Notes: generated from the letters alone by a model not told the origin. Shown: positions 1-13,300, counted from the first letter of the stretch. The stretch: DNA of 64,000 nt from Nymphaea colorata (GCF_008831285.2 NC_045138.2:37944001-38008000); one strand, 5' to 3'. Made by a program: numbers and translations.

Positions 1-282
1 TCTAGTGAATTTAAATGCAAATATCTTTTCGTTTTTACTTTTCCCCACTTAAATGAAAATCTTTTTTTCTTTTCATTTCTCTATTCCAAGTTGAAGCCAT
101 GAGAATATAACGGATTGGCCAAAGATATATGGTCAAGACTCCAGAGTGGTTTGACTCGGTAGGGGATCGAACCGAGTCGAGTTAACTGAGTCAACGAATT
201 GACTCGACAGGTTTTAAAATACCGCCACACTTATAAGTGCCCTCCCTTAATTTGAATTTTTTATTTTGCCACTAACCATTAA

Positions 283-955
283 TTAAGATGCCAATGAATC
301 CAATTGGGATGGTATATCCAACTGAACTACTTTTAAAATAATCAGATTTTTAAGAAAAAAATGAACATCTGATTAATAAATTAGATTGAATTTAGATTTT
401 GAAGACAACATCCAAAGAATTTGATTCGGTTTATAATTTAAAAGTACCCCATTGAAAAAAAAGATTAAAATTACAAATAGGCGCTCAACAAATGATTCAA
501 TAGCAAAAAGGACTTGATTTTTCGCCTCAAATTCTCAAACAACCACAATATAAAATAACATTGTAAAACACAAAAATGTATTTATTTTAACATTTTACAA
601 AAATGAAAATAAAAGACAACCCTCGCCGGATAGAGAGAGGTGCTGTCAACCCCTGCCATCCACGACGGTTGCCCTCGGATCATTTGTTGAGCACCTATAT
701 GTCATTTGGATTTAATTTTAAATGAATATCTTATATTTAATGTCCATCCATTTTGAAAAATTTGTTAGATTTGATCTAAAACTCGGATTCAAATTCAAAT
801 TCAGTTGTCAATTTAAAAATCAGACTTGGGTAATGGTATAGAGTTTTCTTAATTTGTATTGAAATCCAAATAAGAACCCAAATATTTGATCATCTAATAA
901 AACAAATAGCGGTAAAAAGTATATCGTATTAAAATCCGACCCATTGACATCCCTA
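283..955. mobile_element. Degenerate hAT-like MITE (TAGGGATG-type end) containing an inner inverted-repeat element
   Basis: The right end atccgacccattgacatcccta (reverse: TAGGGATGTCAATGGGTCGGAT) has a degenerate left counterpart, ttaagatgccaatgaatcc. The interior is AT-rich with atcc/ggat motifs. No TSD could be confirmed. Confidence 0.6.
473..702. mobile_element. ~230-bp element with 24-bp terminal inverted repeats (MITE-like)
   Basis: acaaataggcgctcaacaaatgat (473-496) matches the reverse complement of 679-702 (acatataggtgctcaacaaatgat) at 22 of 24 positions. Confidence 0.7.
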
Positions 956-2002
956 TAAACCACTGTCACTGATAGTTGTGCAAGCTTTGGCCACACAACG
1001 GGGTCGCATCCATTGGTGATGGAGCGGCGGGGTATCCTTGCAAAAACAACCTATAGATATGTTCTTAGCAACTTGATTTGCAATTGTACAAATAAAGGGC
1101 TTTCAGGCCTCTTTTCTGGGCGGTTTTCTGGGCGGTGGGTTATTAATATTGTAGCCGCACAAAAATTGTTTGAGTTGACCCCTCACTTACCAACCCAAAG
1201 TCCTGTCACTCGACTTGTTTTCTCTCCATATTAAAAACAAAACTGCATGGTAAGACAGCAGTAGCGAAGCTACTTGTTAGCTGGGATGGGCCACAGCCTA
1301 CACCAACCTTTTAAAAACTCGCATTATAATGTTTCAACATTAAGTTGTTGTGACTTTAAAATTATATATAGTGCCCACACCAAATTTGTGTGACAAGTGC
1401 AAGTAAAAAGATGCTCGCTCATGAAACGCTTGTAGTCTCACTTCAAGGGTCTATGCATGACTTTTACTTTTTTAAGTTGGAGATATCACTTATGAGTTCT
1501 TATGTCATTCTATGCAGTTGGTTTGGATCTGTGACAGCCAAACACATTGGAAGTTGATTGAAATTGAAGCCCAAGACATTCAATCCCACGTTTAATAATG
1601 TTCACGATCAGTCATGGGGTGAATGCATTTTCCCCACAGTTGTTGCTGCCCATATTTCTGCCTAGGTTTGATGTGTAAGAGAGATTTCAGAGGGTACTGA
1701 ATGGGTAAATTTTCACTTCTTTGTATCTCCTATACTCAAAGTGCATGATTGCATCATGGCAAGGGACGAGGATTTGAGGAGAAAACGAAGCTGGCGCGAG
1801 CAGTTCCGACTTGTTGTCTGGCTGGACGCAGGAACCCCGAAATTTCTTTCGGGCAATCAAACGACCCCTATTGATTCTTGCGGAAATTAGGTTCCAGGAT
1901 AAGAGCTTCCATGGAAATTCTTTTCCCTACGAAAATGCAACGTTCTCTTACAGGAATCGATGTCCATGAATCGGCTTGTTGGGACTCTTTTCCCTGGTGA
2001 AG

Positions 2003-4378
2003 ATGCAGAAACGCGTTCCCCCGCCCCACCTCTGCAAGGCGTACAGCCTTGTTCTCTTCCGAAGGGTGTCGACGACGAATACAGCCTGGGGGAGTCGGTT
2101 CTTGTCCACGAAGACTCCATTTCTGCGAGATCGCGACTCCCAAGCAGAAATGAGGAACGATCTTCGCTTCTTGGATGCACAAACGCCCACGAGAAAACTG
2201 CCTTATGCCATGGTAGCCCAGGATGATGATGATGATGACTATGGTGGTGGTGGCGATGACAACGGTAACGGTGGTGATTTGGAGAGGTCGAGCACTGACT
2301 CGGAAGCTTCAGGATTTTGCTGCCCCGACGAGCAAAGGACTAAATGTTATCGTCCCATGACAAGCCAGGAAGAAGAAGAGGACGATGGTGGCGGGGATGA
2401 CGATGATGTAGACGGCCGCGACTTGTTTGATGAAACGTCAAAGCGTTATAAACAAAATGGGAATTTCCGCAATGCATCGGAAACCAAATTTATGAATGCC
2501 GACCTTGATCATTATGGTAATGAATTGCCTCCCTCTAGTTCCCGTCGTTTAGGCAATCAGCCGATTGGAAATTTACCGAGCACCACGGGTACATATAGTG
2601 GTCGTGCTAATTACATACTGCAGGACTTCAGCTTGAAAACCGACAAAAGGAGAGGTACGCTCAAGCAGAACCAAGAAAGCAACCTTCCTGAAGTAGAAAG
2701 GGTGTATAGAGTTTTATGTAAGTTTCACACTCACATTCCTAAGCTAGAATTGGCTTTGCATGATTCTGGTGTGTTCCTTAAGCAATCTTTGGTTGAGAAA
2801 GTATTGAAGAGATGTGGGGATGCTGGAAACTTGGCATTTAGGTTCTTTATTTGGGCCTCAAAGCAGCCTGGTTACTCCCATAGCTTTGATACCTACAAAC
2901 TGATGATCAAGATTCTAGGCAAGATGAGGCAATTTGATACTGTCTGGGCATTGCTCGAGGAGATGAAAAAGGAGAATCCTTATCTTATAACACCTGAAAC
3001 TTTCATCATGTTGATGAGACGGTTTGCTTCGGCACGAATGGTGCGAAAAGCAATCGAAGTTCTTGATGAGATGCCAAAATTCGGGTGCGAGCCTGATGAT
3101 CACACGTTCGGGTGTTTGTTGGATGCTCTGTGTAAGAATGGTCATGTTAAGGAAGCTGCGTCGCTTTTTGAGGACATGAAACTTAGATTTCCACCCAATT
3201 TGAAGTATTATACTTGTTTGTTGAATGGGTGGTGCAAAGATGGCAAGCTGATGGAGGCCAAATTTATTCTGATTCAGATGAGGGAAGCTGGTTTTACTCC
3301 TGATATTGTTGTATATAACACCCTTTTATCTGGTTATGCTGTTTTGGGCAAGATTGAAGATGGCCTTGACCTTCTGCGCGAGATGAGGAGTAAAGGGTGT
3401 CCTCCTAACGCTGCTTCTTACACTGTTTTGATTCAATCCCTTTGCTCTCAAGGGAAAATGGAAGCAGCGATGCGGCTTTTCACTGACATGTCCAGGAATG
3501 AATGTGTTGCTGATGTTGTAACTTATACCACCCTTATCAGTGGATTTTGCAAAGCTGCTAAGGTGGATAATGCTTATGAGTTGTTGCAGAACATGGTTGA
3601 GCATGGTTGCCATCCTAACCAGAGTACCTACTTTCATATCTTGGTAGCTCATGAGAAGAAGGAAGAACTGGAAGAATGCCTTGAATTAGTTTCTAAAATG
3701 AAAAGGACAGGCTGCCTCCCTGATCTCAACATCTGTAATACTGTCATTCGACTGGCTTGCAAACTGGGGCAAGTAGAAGAAGCTTTAAGTGCATGGAATG
3801 AAATAGAGGAAACCGGATTTAGTCCAGGGATTGAGAGTTTCACCATATTGATACATGGCTTGCTTAACCATGGATCACTAATTGAAGCTTGCGGCTACTT
3901 CAAGGAGATGGTTCAAAGAGGTCTCATGTCCGTGCCTCAGTATGGGACTCTGAAGGAGCTTATGAACACACTTCTAAGAGCAGAGAAGCTGGAAATGGCC
4001 TCAGAAATGTGGGAGGTCATTAAGAACAGTGGAGCCAATCTAAATGTCTTTTCCCATACAATATGGGTGCATGCATTGTTTGAACATGGGCATGTGAAAG
4101 AGGCATGTTCGCGGTGCATTGAAATGCTTGACAGTGGTTTCATGCCGCAGCCCGATACATATGCAAAGCTTATGAGAGGTCTAAGGAAACTTTTTAACCG
4201 AGAAATTGCATATGTAATTACTACAAAGGTTAGGCAGATGGCAGCTGATAGAAATATAAGCTTCAAGAGCTATGCACGTCGAGGTGAGAGAATTATGATC
4301 GACAAACAAAAAGCGAAAAAGGAAGGTAAGAAAAAGAGAAGACATCGACCCCGACGGCACTCGCTGAACTCACTGTAA
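2003..4378 (+). CDS. P-class pentatricopeptide repeat protein (At3g49730/At5g65820-like, probably organelle-targeted), single exon, 791 aa
   Basis: Long intronless ORF. The track starts at TTG 1976; the first in-frame ATG is 2003 (MQKRVPPP...) and the stop TAA is 4376-4378. It has about 12-13 tandem 35-aa P-type motifs (e.g. DIVVYNTLLSGYAVLGKIEDGLDLLREMRSKGCPP, DVVTYTTLISGFCKAAKVDNAYELLQNMVEHGCHP), preceded by the typical 'AFRFFIWASKQPGY' helix. There is no E/DYW extension. The N-terminus is R/S/L-rich, like a transit peptide. The subfamily call is recalled similarity, not a search result. Confidence 0.93.
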   Translation: MQKRVPPPHLCKAYSLVLFRRVSTTNTAWGSRFLSTKTPFLRDRDSQAEMRNDLRFLDAQTPTRKLPYAMVAQDDDDDDYGGGGDDNGNGGDLERSSTDSEASGFCCPDEQRTKCYRPMTSQEEEEDDGGGDDDDVDGRDLFDETSKRYKQNGNFRNASETKFMNADLDHYGNELPPSSSRRLGNQPIGNLPSTTGTYSGRANYILQDFSLKTDKRRGTLKQNQESNLPEVERVYRVLCKFHTHIPKLELALHDSGVFLKQSLVEKVLKRCGDAGNLAFRFFIWASKQPGYSHSFDTYKLMIKILGKMRQFDTVWALLEEMKKENPYLITPETFIMLMRRFASARMVRKAIEVLDEMPKFGCEPDDHTFGCLLDALCKNGHVKEAASLFEDMKLRFPPNLKYYTCLLNGWCKDGKLMEAKFILIQMREAGFTPDIVVYNTLLSGYAVLGKIEDGLDLLREMRSKGCPPNAASYTVLIQSLCSQGKMEAAMRLFTDMSRNECVADVVTYTTLISGFCKAAKVDNAYELLQNMVEHGCHPNQSTYFHILVAHEKKEELEECLELVSKMKRTGCLPDLNICNTVIRLACKLGQVEEALSAWNEIEETGFSPGIESFTILIHGLLNHGSLIEACGYFKEMVQRGLMSVPQYGTLKELMNTLLRAEKLEMASEMWEVIKNSGANLNVFSHTIWVHALFEHGHVKEACSRCIEMLDSGFMPQPDTYAKLMRGLRKLFNREIAYVITTKVRQMAADRNISFKSYARRGERIMIDKQKAKKEGKKKRRHRPRRHSLNSL

Positions 4379-4428
4379 CTCCAATCCCAACTGAATTGAG
4401 TAGCAGCAGATATTTCATGATTAATCAT

Positions 4429-4462
4429 CTCTCTCGCCCTCTCTCTCTCTCTCTCTCTCTCT
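4429..4462. repeat. (CT)n microsatellite downstream of the PPR stop codon
   Basis: (CT)12 at 4439-4462 plus a short imperfect lead-in. Confidence 0.9.
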
Positions 4463-5933
4463 GGTCATTACACGAGCAAATATTCGCCCATAGATGGAGT
4501 TTGGGTCGTGCTCGTGGTCGATATGACAAGTGGACTTTGGTTGTTTTTTTAGTAGGCATTTTCATAGTCAGTAGGTAAAAAGCGAAAAAAATCTCATGAA
4601 CACCATACGTCTTGATGTAAAAAATCGTTCAATCATGATATTCTCACGAGAAGAGCCTCATCATCATTTTTCCTGATGTAAAAAGTTCAACTTTGATATC
4701 CTCGTAAGAAGAACCACGCCACATTTCACATCCCATCCTTGGCGCAATGACAGGCATTTAGACATTAATATTTGAAGGTTCTGATTATTCTCGGGATCCT
4801 GTATTAGTTTTGCCGTAAATATCATATTTTTTATCAATGACAGAAATGTTGCCAAAGGAAATACAATCATAAGTTTGTACAGTAGGATTCATGACCAGTA
4901 GGCAGCAATCCTCAGAAGATGAACATAGACAGCTCTGCACTTCTAAAAGGGAACAAGTAGATCCAACATACCCAAGGGAAATAGACTAATAGTACATTTT
5001 TTTTTTAAAGAGGCAGTGCAAGTTTATAAGATTACCTTCCACTGTCTCTATACTTAATGGTACATGCAAGTGTTATTATTGGTTCTTTCTTCCACATAAT
5101 TTAATTAAAAGATCTTTCATGACGATCAGCCCCAGAAACTCCTCAGGAAAGTAAAATTGGTCGAAACCGGTGCATTCCCTGTTCAGCAGTTGGAAGGTAG
5201 AACAGAAATCAGCTCCAAATCCCTCCTTCAACACCACAACAATGCCAAGCGCATTTCTTCCACTATTGACACCTCGAACTTGCGACTAGCCATTAGATTA
5301 AAGATACAGTGGTGCTCTCTCTCTCATCTGAAAAAAATTATGAAGTTTCATTCAGAGTCACAACTTGCATGATCTTCGAAAGGAGTTCCACGCTTTCTGA
5401 AAAGGACCCAACTTTTCACTGAAGCTAGGCTATTAGCGGAACTCTGAAGAACTTAACCATGTCTTCACAACAAAAGTAACTAAGCGTTCCAACAACAAAA
5501 TAAAACAGCAAAACGAACTTTTCGAGGAAGGTATTAGAAATGGCAATATGCATGTCAGATCTTGTTGTGAAAATAACTCCAGGCCGCTTTCTGCAGCGTC
5601 AGTCAAAAGTTGGGTCATGAAGAAGCGAACCGTGTTTTGAAGAAATGGAACAACAGAACCCGTTTTTTTCAGACAATCAGGCAAAGGGACGTCTCCAAAT
5701 AGCATTTTTCCAAGAATTGAGAGTAACAAGAAAATAACGTACTGTAAAACCTGATTTCCTCAAGCTTCTGGCAACTGGCAATGGGAATCGCCATTTAAAG
5801 AAGCTGACGCTGCACAATTTTCTTCGACTTCTCCCGCTTAGCCAAACACTACATTTAGCTGTACAAGAAGCTACATGCCTGTGTCCTGTGGGCTGATGAC
5901 AGTGCTGATGACGTCGCACGGAGGGGATCTCAA

Positions 5934-7328
5934 TCATCCCTGGTCGTAAGCAGCCGTGACTCTTTTCTTTCTCGCCTTGTCAAGACGTGATTGGCGCACA
6001 GCCTCCTGGATGTGTCGCTCGTGGTCTTGGAGCATCTGATCAATGTTCTCAGATTGAATGAGAGGACCAGAGTAAAGAATCTTGCTTCCCTTTTGCCCAC
6101 GGGAATGAACCTACGATTAGAATGAGAAGTAAGCGAAGTATCACCATTTTCCTATTTCTCCTAAGCAGCAATGTAAGCCAGAAAGATCCGCCGTCTAAAA
6201 GAGTACTTTTTTAACAAAGCACAGTGCTTGAAAGTACCAATATATGGCACAGAATCAAGTTTCGTATCGAATGGGGAGCACATCGTAGGCTGGCCATAAA
6301 GATGCTTTCAAAATATCAACTACGCTGGCTGAACGGAAAATCACCCCTTCTCTAATAAATCAAGAAAAAAATTACAGAAAGAGAAAATAATAAATCATCA
6401 CTCAGGTTTTAGAGGACAATATAGACAAACTCAACCTTCAAGAAGACTTCTCAAAAAATCTCTATGGAATGAAAAGGTAAGTTACAAGATTATTATTTTA
6501 AATTAAAATAATATCTATTGATTAAGAATTTAAGTGGAGTACTTTTGTAACCTTTTCTGTCCAGAGGCAACTCTTCGAAGGTTTTTCTCAAAGTCAACTG
6601 CTCATTTATAGAAATAATTTTGATTTTAGAAAAAGTAGTTTTATAAATCAAGTTCAACCTTCTCCATCTAAAAGCAGCTTTGAACCCTTAAAATCTAGGC
6701 AATAAATTGTTATTTGATTAAACCTTAGACGCTTTTCTATAATTTTTTCATAAAACAATAATGTGTTTTTTCAAATATTTGAAGAAATATTATTTTAAAT
6801 TGCCAAATTAAGAACGGCCTCCATGGGACCGGTTTGCCATGTCATTCAAACAAATCTAAATAAGGATACGAATGAGAAATCAATACTATTATTTTTAAAT
6901 TTTACGTAAATATTTATTTTAAAATTACTAATTTAAGCCCATATGCCTCGGTAGATGCAACCCAATACGGTGACCATATATTTACAAGTTGAGGGTCGTC
7001 GTCCCCTAACATGAGGTGAATTGTGTCATGATGTGGGGGGTCAGGCTGCCTATGAAGGGGCATAATAACTGTCCCGTGAGACCGGAATTAAAATAAAGCC
7101 AATATCACTTGTTGATATATGTCAGTATCTTTTAGAGAAAATCCAAGATACTTGAAAAATATAAAGTAACGTTTCATACTATCCAAATATTGCAACATTT
7201 GATGGAAGACTGCATTATTTGATATTTAAGGTTTTTCAGCTATTTTCCTCAATAAAGGTAATTTTATTTATTCCAACATATACGTTTCACTTTTATAATT
7301 CTATAGTTGCCTAAAATTAATTGCTGCA

Positions 7329-7369
<41 letters not shown>

Positions 7370-10300
7370 CCAAGTCACTCATAAGGGTCCTCCAATTTGA
7401 TCCATCGTGATGAACGGTTGAGAAAAAATAAGAAAAAAAAAAGTTAAAAACTAATTCTAAATGATGAAAATGTATATCACTTTTTTCTCCTTGTTTTTTT
7501 TTTCTCAACCAAAATCACACCGAATCGGACAAACCTCATGAGTAAGCTGGAATGACTCTAGATAGTCAAAGCCACCATTCAATTCTCAGGCACCCTGATC
7601 ACTCTATTATTTGTTAAATGGTTCACCTGTGACACCGATTCAACATGCGATTGAAGTACTACGACAATAAGTTCAAAAGGAAGTTCATAGTCCATACCAA
7701 AGTTTGCTCCTGCCTTGTTTTCGCATCTTTCATCTGATGAGTGCTCATTCGCCCTGGAAAATGTAATTGAGCTTGATCTGCTGTGTAATGTGACGCTCTA
7801 CTCGGTGCACCCTGCACATTGCCTGCATCTCTGTAATTATCATGAACGGCACTTCTTCCAGTAGCCACAAAACTTGACAATGAAGATGAATCACGAGATA
7901 ATGAACCCTTTGAAGTACTGCCCTCATTCGTATGCCTCTCTGCCCATGCAGAAGGGTGGATCAGCGGACCAGAATGAGAAACTTTATATCCATGGCGCCC
8001 CCGTGATTCTATGCTTGCTTCGCCAGTGTAATAAACATGTTTCTGTGGTGGATCAATTGGAAATCCAGAAGGAGTCTCTTCCTGATTGACATGAAACTTC
8101 TCACTCGTGCTTTTTGTACCCGTCGGCACCGTTGTTTTCTGTAAAAAATAAAGCAGAATTGTAGCCTGACAAACCAAGGAATGGACATTCAGCTAACTTA
8201 ATTAAGTTATTCACATGTTTTGGATTCAAAGCGCGTAAGCCAGGCCCCGCCCCGCTCGACATCCAAATCAAGTAGATCGAGTTGGTGTCCATCAAAGATA
8301 AGCATATGAACACCAAATTCAGGCTCTTGAATGGCCTTAGTTCAGCAAAAAAAAACTTCGTGTGCTAGACAGCCAAGGATCTGAGATAGTTGGATATGTG
8401 GCATCGGTGTGCTGATGCTGCAGAAATCCACACCAAAATTCTTGGTTCATGAAACTAAGGACCTCAAGTCAGACTTAAGATCCATAACTTAGAGATCCCC
8501 ATTTTGCAGTTCTAAACTGTCACATGGTCTGATCTATGATTAGACTAGGAGTGTCTGAATCTTAAATCATGGATTTTAAATCCTGAGGATCTGAAACCAG
8601 ATCAGATCAGATAAGAGGTAATTGAACCCCTCTTTGAACATTTACATTGACAACATCATTAGAACCTGGAACCTTCAATGCAGATTGTTTCTGCGAGCAG
8701 TAACAGTCTAGGCAAATAACAATGTAGAAACTAGAAAGGTTTATTAGTCGAACTACAAACCTGCAATGAACTAGGTAACTCTGCATTTGCTTCAGGAGCT
8801 GGCATAGCTTTCGATCCTCTTCGTCCTTTTTTTGTAGGATCATATCCATACCCTCTGATGCTTACTGACCTTTGCCTGCAATTCAAATTATATATCAACA
8901 ATAACAATACGGCCTGTTCTGCAGTTTGCTTGCAGGAATGACTTTTGTGAAAAAACACAGAAGCGAAGATTTCAAAGCAAAGTCGCAGCCCCAATTATTT
9001 GAAGCAACAGAGCTTGTATTATGAACCTGTAGCGACAATTTCCAAGTTCTCATTCTTTTCTATAAAAAGTGCTCAATTTTACTGATTTTCCTAAAATCGA
9101 CTTTGTTATGCCTTAATGTGTATTGTTGCCTCACTAGAACAACAACACTTCCCATATCATAGTGAAAACTACTAAACAAAAACCCCAAAATGAGGAAGAC
9201 AGAAGAAACATCCCTCTATGTCAAAATTCAAATTCACCCCGCAAAAGTACAGAAACACAAAGATGCATGCACCTTCAAAAAGACAAATGAAAGACCTTCA
9301 AATATAACCCATAACAGTCAGGTCCAAAGTAAGATAGTTGACATAATGTACAAAATTGTATAAATTTATTTGTAAAATTAAGAAACACAAAAAATAAAAT
9401 AAGAAAAATTCTCTCAATAAGGAAACATGAATTACATAAACATAACAAAGTAATAAATATATGTTACCTAAAGCATTTTCACTTTCACTAGAATTAATTA
9501 AAATTAATCACTTAAATTACCCTCAGTACTTAGAGTAGCATCGAATTAAATAAGCTTGATCATGACCAACTCCTTGCAGCTTTGTTCAATGCAAACAATC
9601 AAAAAGAAAAAGGTTCACATACTTTCTAGTTTCATCTCTTCGTTTGGCATCCATCTCTTTGCTAGGTGGATACTTGGGCAAGCTCGAGGGATCACAAGCA
9701 TATGGCTTTGTTGTAAAGAACTGAAAGAGAATATGAATACCCAAAAAAGAAATATAAGTACACAGGGTAACAAATTTTCAAGGCAACAATTCTGAAACAA
9801 AGAAATCAATGAATGGATTCAGATTAGATTCATCAAAAAATTTACTCAAGTAGCATCTCCAAAGCAACCATAATGCATAAGCAATGGCTATATGCATCAA
9901 CATCTGGTACAAACAGAAGTCTTTGGCAGACATGGTTGCAGTATCAATCATGTGCCATTCCGTAAGAATAGCTTCAGTCAGAACCACTGTAAAAATTAAG
10001 CTTAAGCTTGACAAAACAAAAATGCAACTTTTAGCATCCAAGGTTATGGTCAGATGGCACAAGACAAATAGAAAATCTAACAAGGCAAATGAGGTCCTAG
10101 AAATCCACTGTGAGAAATGTCCTCCTTACCAATTCAGGTACCAAAAGGAATATTCAGTAAAGAAAAAATGTGACCAACATATAAACTATGTGACTGACAC
10201 AGTTGGAACCCTGAAATTCTCTGGGTAGGAGCATCTAAAAATTGCACTGGACCAGGAAAGATGGTTAAAGAAGTCAAAAGAGTAACAGCATTTGCATGCC

Positions 10301-13300
10301 CTTATAGAACACAGGGCTCAGATAGGACAAAAAGCACATTTACTTGTACTCAATTTGTGAAAGTGGAAAGGAATATCATAATATTATAAGTAATTTCAAG
10401 TTACCAGGTTCCTATACGAGCCACAGGAACATACAAATGTGTTCAATATTTTCTTCAAGTGAAAAAACATTTCATACATTTGAAAGAAAAGTTCAAACAG
10501 AAACCGTTTTATCAAAGTATCAGACATCATTTTCTCAAGGTTACTGGCACCAATTTGAAAACATGAATTTATGGTACAAATGTCATCGCTTTCATTTACA
10601 CATCCCACAGGTTCAAATTCATATGGGAGCCCAATCAAGTTCACATAAGTAAATGAGGATAGCATAACTTTTGAAGGCTGCAAGAAAGGATGCTTCTAAA
10701 ATTATGAGACAGTTACATTAATATGAGTTCAAGATACACTGAGTACCAAAGGAAATATATAAAACTATAATCCTGAAAAGTTTATTAACCACAAGCAAGT
10801 TAAAGAGATGGCCAACCTCACTTTTCAGGGCTGAAGCAGCAGTTCCACGATCTCCAGGTTCAATAGCAAGAAGGACATCCACAAGTTCCAGTGCTGAAGG
10901 AGGAAATTCTTTAAATGACTCTGCAACACATCGCCTGTAACGTTGTTGAGTTTTGAAAGTTGTAACATTTGGTAGTTTTAGTTTCTCCCAGTACTCTTCT
11001 GTTGGTGAACCGCAAAGCTTGAAAATTTTGTGCAACTGCTCCACCTAGAAGCAAAAGCACTAATGATAAGGACAATCTTGTAACATGTATAGACAAAATC
11101 TAAGGAAAACAAATGTTATCCAAATGTATCTTGACCCTAAACTAGCCATGTGGTGCCTCAAGCTAATAGATAGGCATGTCATCACTTTCTAATTTTAAAT
11201 TTGTAGTCCCCATGTAAGTATCTCTTCTACAAGGGCAAGCAAAAGTCGCTCCCTGAGGTCAGGGAGCAAGCTGAGAACTTTATGCTGCCAAGATGGCAAC
11301 AGAGGCAAAGACCAGCACTCACAGGTCACATATTCTGGGATGTCCATAAATAAATAATAAATTTGAAAGCAGAAAATGACTTGAGGGCTATGAAGGCAAA
11401 GAAAGCAATTTGAGGCATTTAAATTTGGAACTTCATAAAGGAAATAGCACCTTTCACATCCAAGAAAAACTAATGTGACAACGAAAATGACATCATTTGG
11501 ACAAAAGAGAGAATACTGCTGTAGCCAAACATACATAAAATAACTAGATTAAAAGGAGAAAAAGCATAAGACTCTATTAGACAACTTCTAGCATGTAAGG
11601 GACTATGATGATTTGGTGGTTAACCTGTTTAATGGAAACAATAAATGAGAGTAGGATTCTATACCTTTCACAGTGGAAATCAGGAACTCCTCTTTCTTCA
11701 ATTGCAATTGTAGTATCTCCTACGTGCAAATCTAGCTTCAATCGACATTTTTTCCCTTAGGCTGCGTTTGATTGCAGGGGTAAAAAATGAGAAGCGGTTG
11801 AAAAGTGTACAATCGGTTGAAATTTCAACCGCCGTACCATGAAAAGTGGCAAGATCTCCTTCACACCCAACTCCTAAGAGTGCCTAGAAGTCAAGTGTTG
11901 AAGAGATCTGTAAACTCTAAATTAGGTCTTGGCTGCCTCTTTTTTTCTGCCACTAGTCTATCATATGACACAAGGTGTATCACACTGTATCATATGATAC
12001 AGTACAATATGGGTACATTACAAACCTGTAACTAGCTACAAGGGTATAATATATCGCCCATAATAAAAGTTACAATATGTTTCATACAAGGTCCCATATC
12101 ATATGATATGTACGTCACTGAATGGGACTAGCCGAAACTAGTCAGTCATACTTCATCGAAGCCAATTGACTATAAATATATATATATATATATCTTTAAG
12201 GAAATCAATACAGAAACATATATATGTCTATATAATGAATGTACATACACATTTATAGGTCAAGAAATAGTCAGCTGACCAACAGTTAAGCAGACAAATT
12301 AACCAACTAGTTGCCTGATTGAAACACCCGCTAGTTGATAACCAACTCAAATGACTAATCAGCCAACTATTCGGGATTTTTAACAACTAAGATATGGATC
12401 AAATTGTCTGAAAACATGCCGGAAGACTTAATAATGTATCAGGAGTAATTGGTACAAGAAGCTATAGGAACACTTCACTGTAATGTGATTCAAAGACATG
12501 AAGCATACCAGGTATATAAGTAATGATTTCAAATCTAGGTAGAGAACACCTAGGAACACATGTTAATATATTCTTCAAGCAAATCTGATTAGTGTTGATT
12601 TTTCCACAACCCCTAATGTTCACCACAAGATAAACCATACTAACTTTAGAGATTGACAGAAAAGAAAGGTTATCTGTCCATGTAAGCAAGTATGAAGTTC
12701 GAGTATTCAAAGATACTCTCATTATTCTCAATAAGACATCAGTTACAAATAGCCTCTTTGAAAGCATGAACTGATAAGTTATAGGCACATAGATAGCTTC
12801 AAGCCAGACTGAGTTCCTCAACTTGTTTTGCTACGAATTTTTATTATTGGACATCATTTGCATCAAAATAAATTCAAATGTTAAAATATTTCACTGTCCT
12901 ATCTCTTTTTGATGTTTTCCTAAATTTACATTAAAAGGGCATTGCCATCCATATTCTTTTCACTAAAGTTTCTGTATATCAAGTATCAACTAGTGGCTAG
13001 AATTTTCCAGCAAACGCATACCACGATTCTCTAGAGTATTTTCTGCATGCAACCAGAAATAACCACCCAAGCAGTAAATGAAGACCTTCTAACAATAATT
13101 TGGTATTTGACTGAGATACTGCAGGCAACCAAAATGAATTACCGCCTTATCTCATTTGTTAATTTAAATGTAAGAAGATTCAAATTGTAATCATAAACCA
13201 ATTCAGCAAATGGAAGTACCTCTGTTCGGCCAGGCATGATAGGTTTATGTGCAAACAATTCTGCGAGAATGCAACCGGTACTCCAGAGATCCACTGAAAC

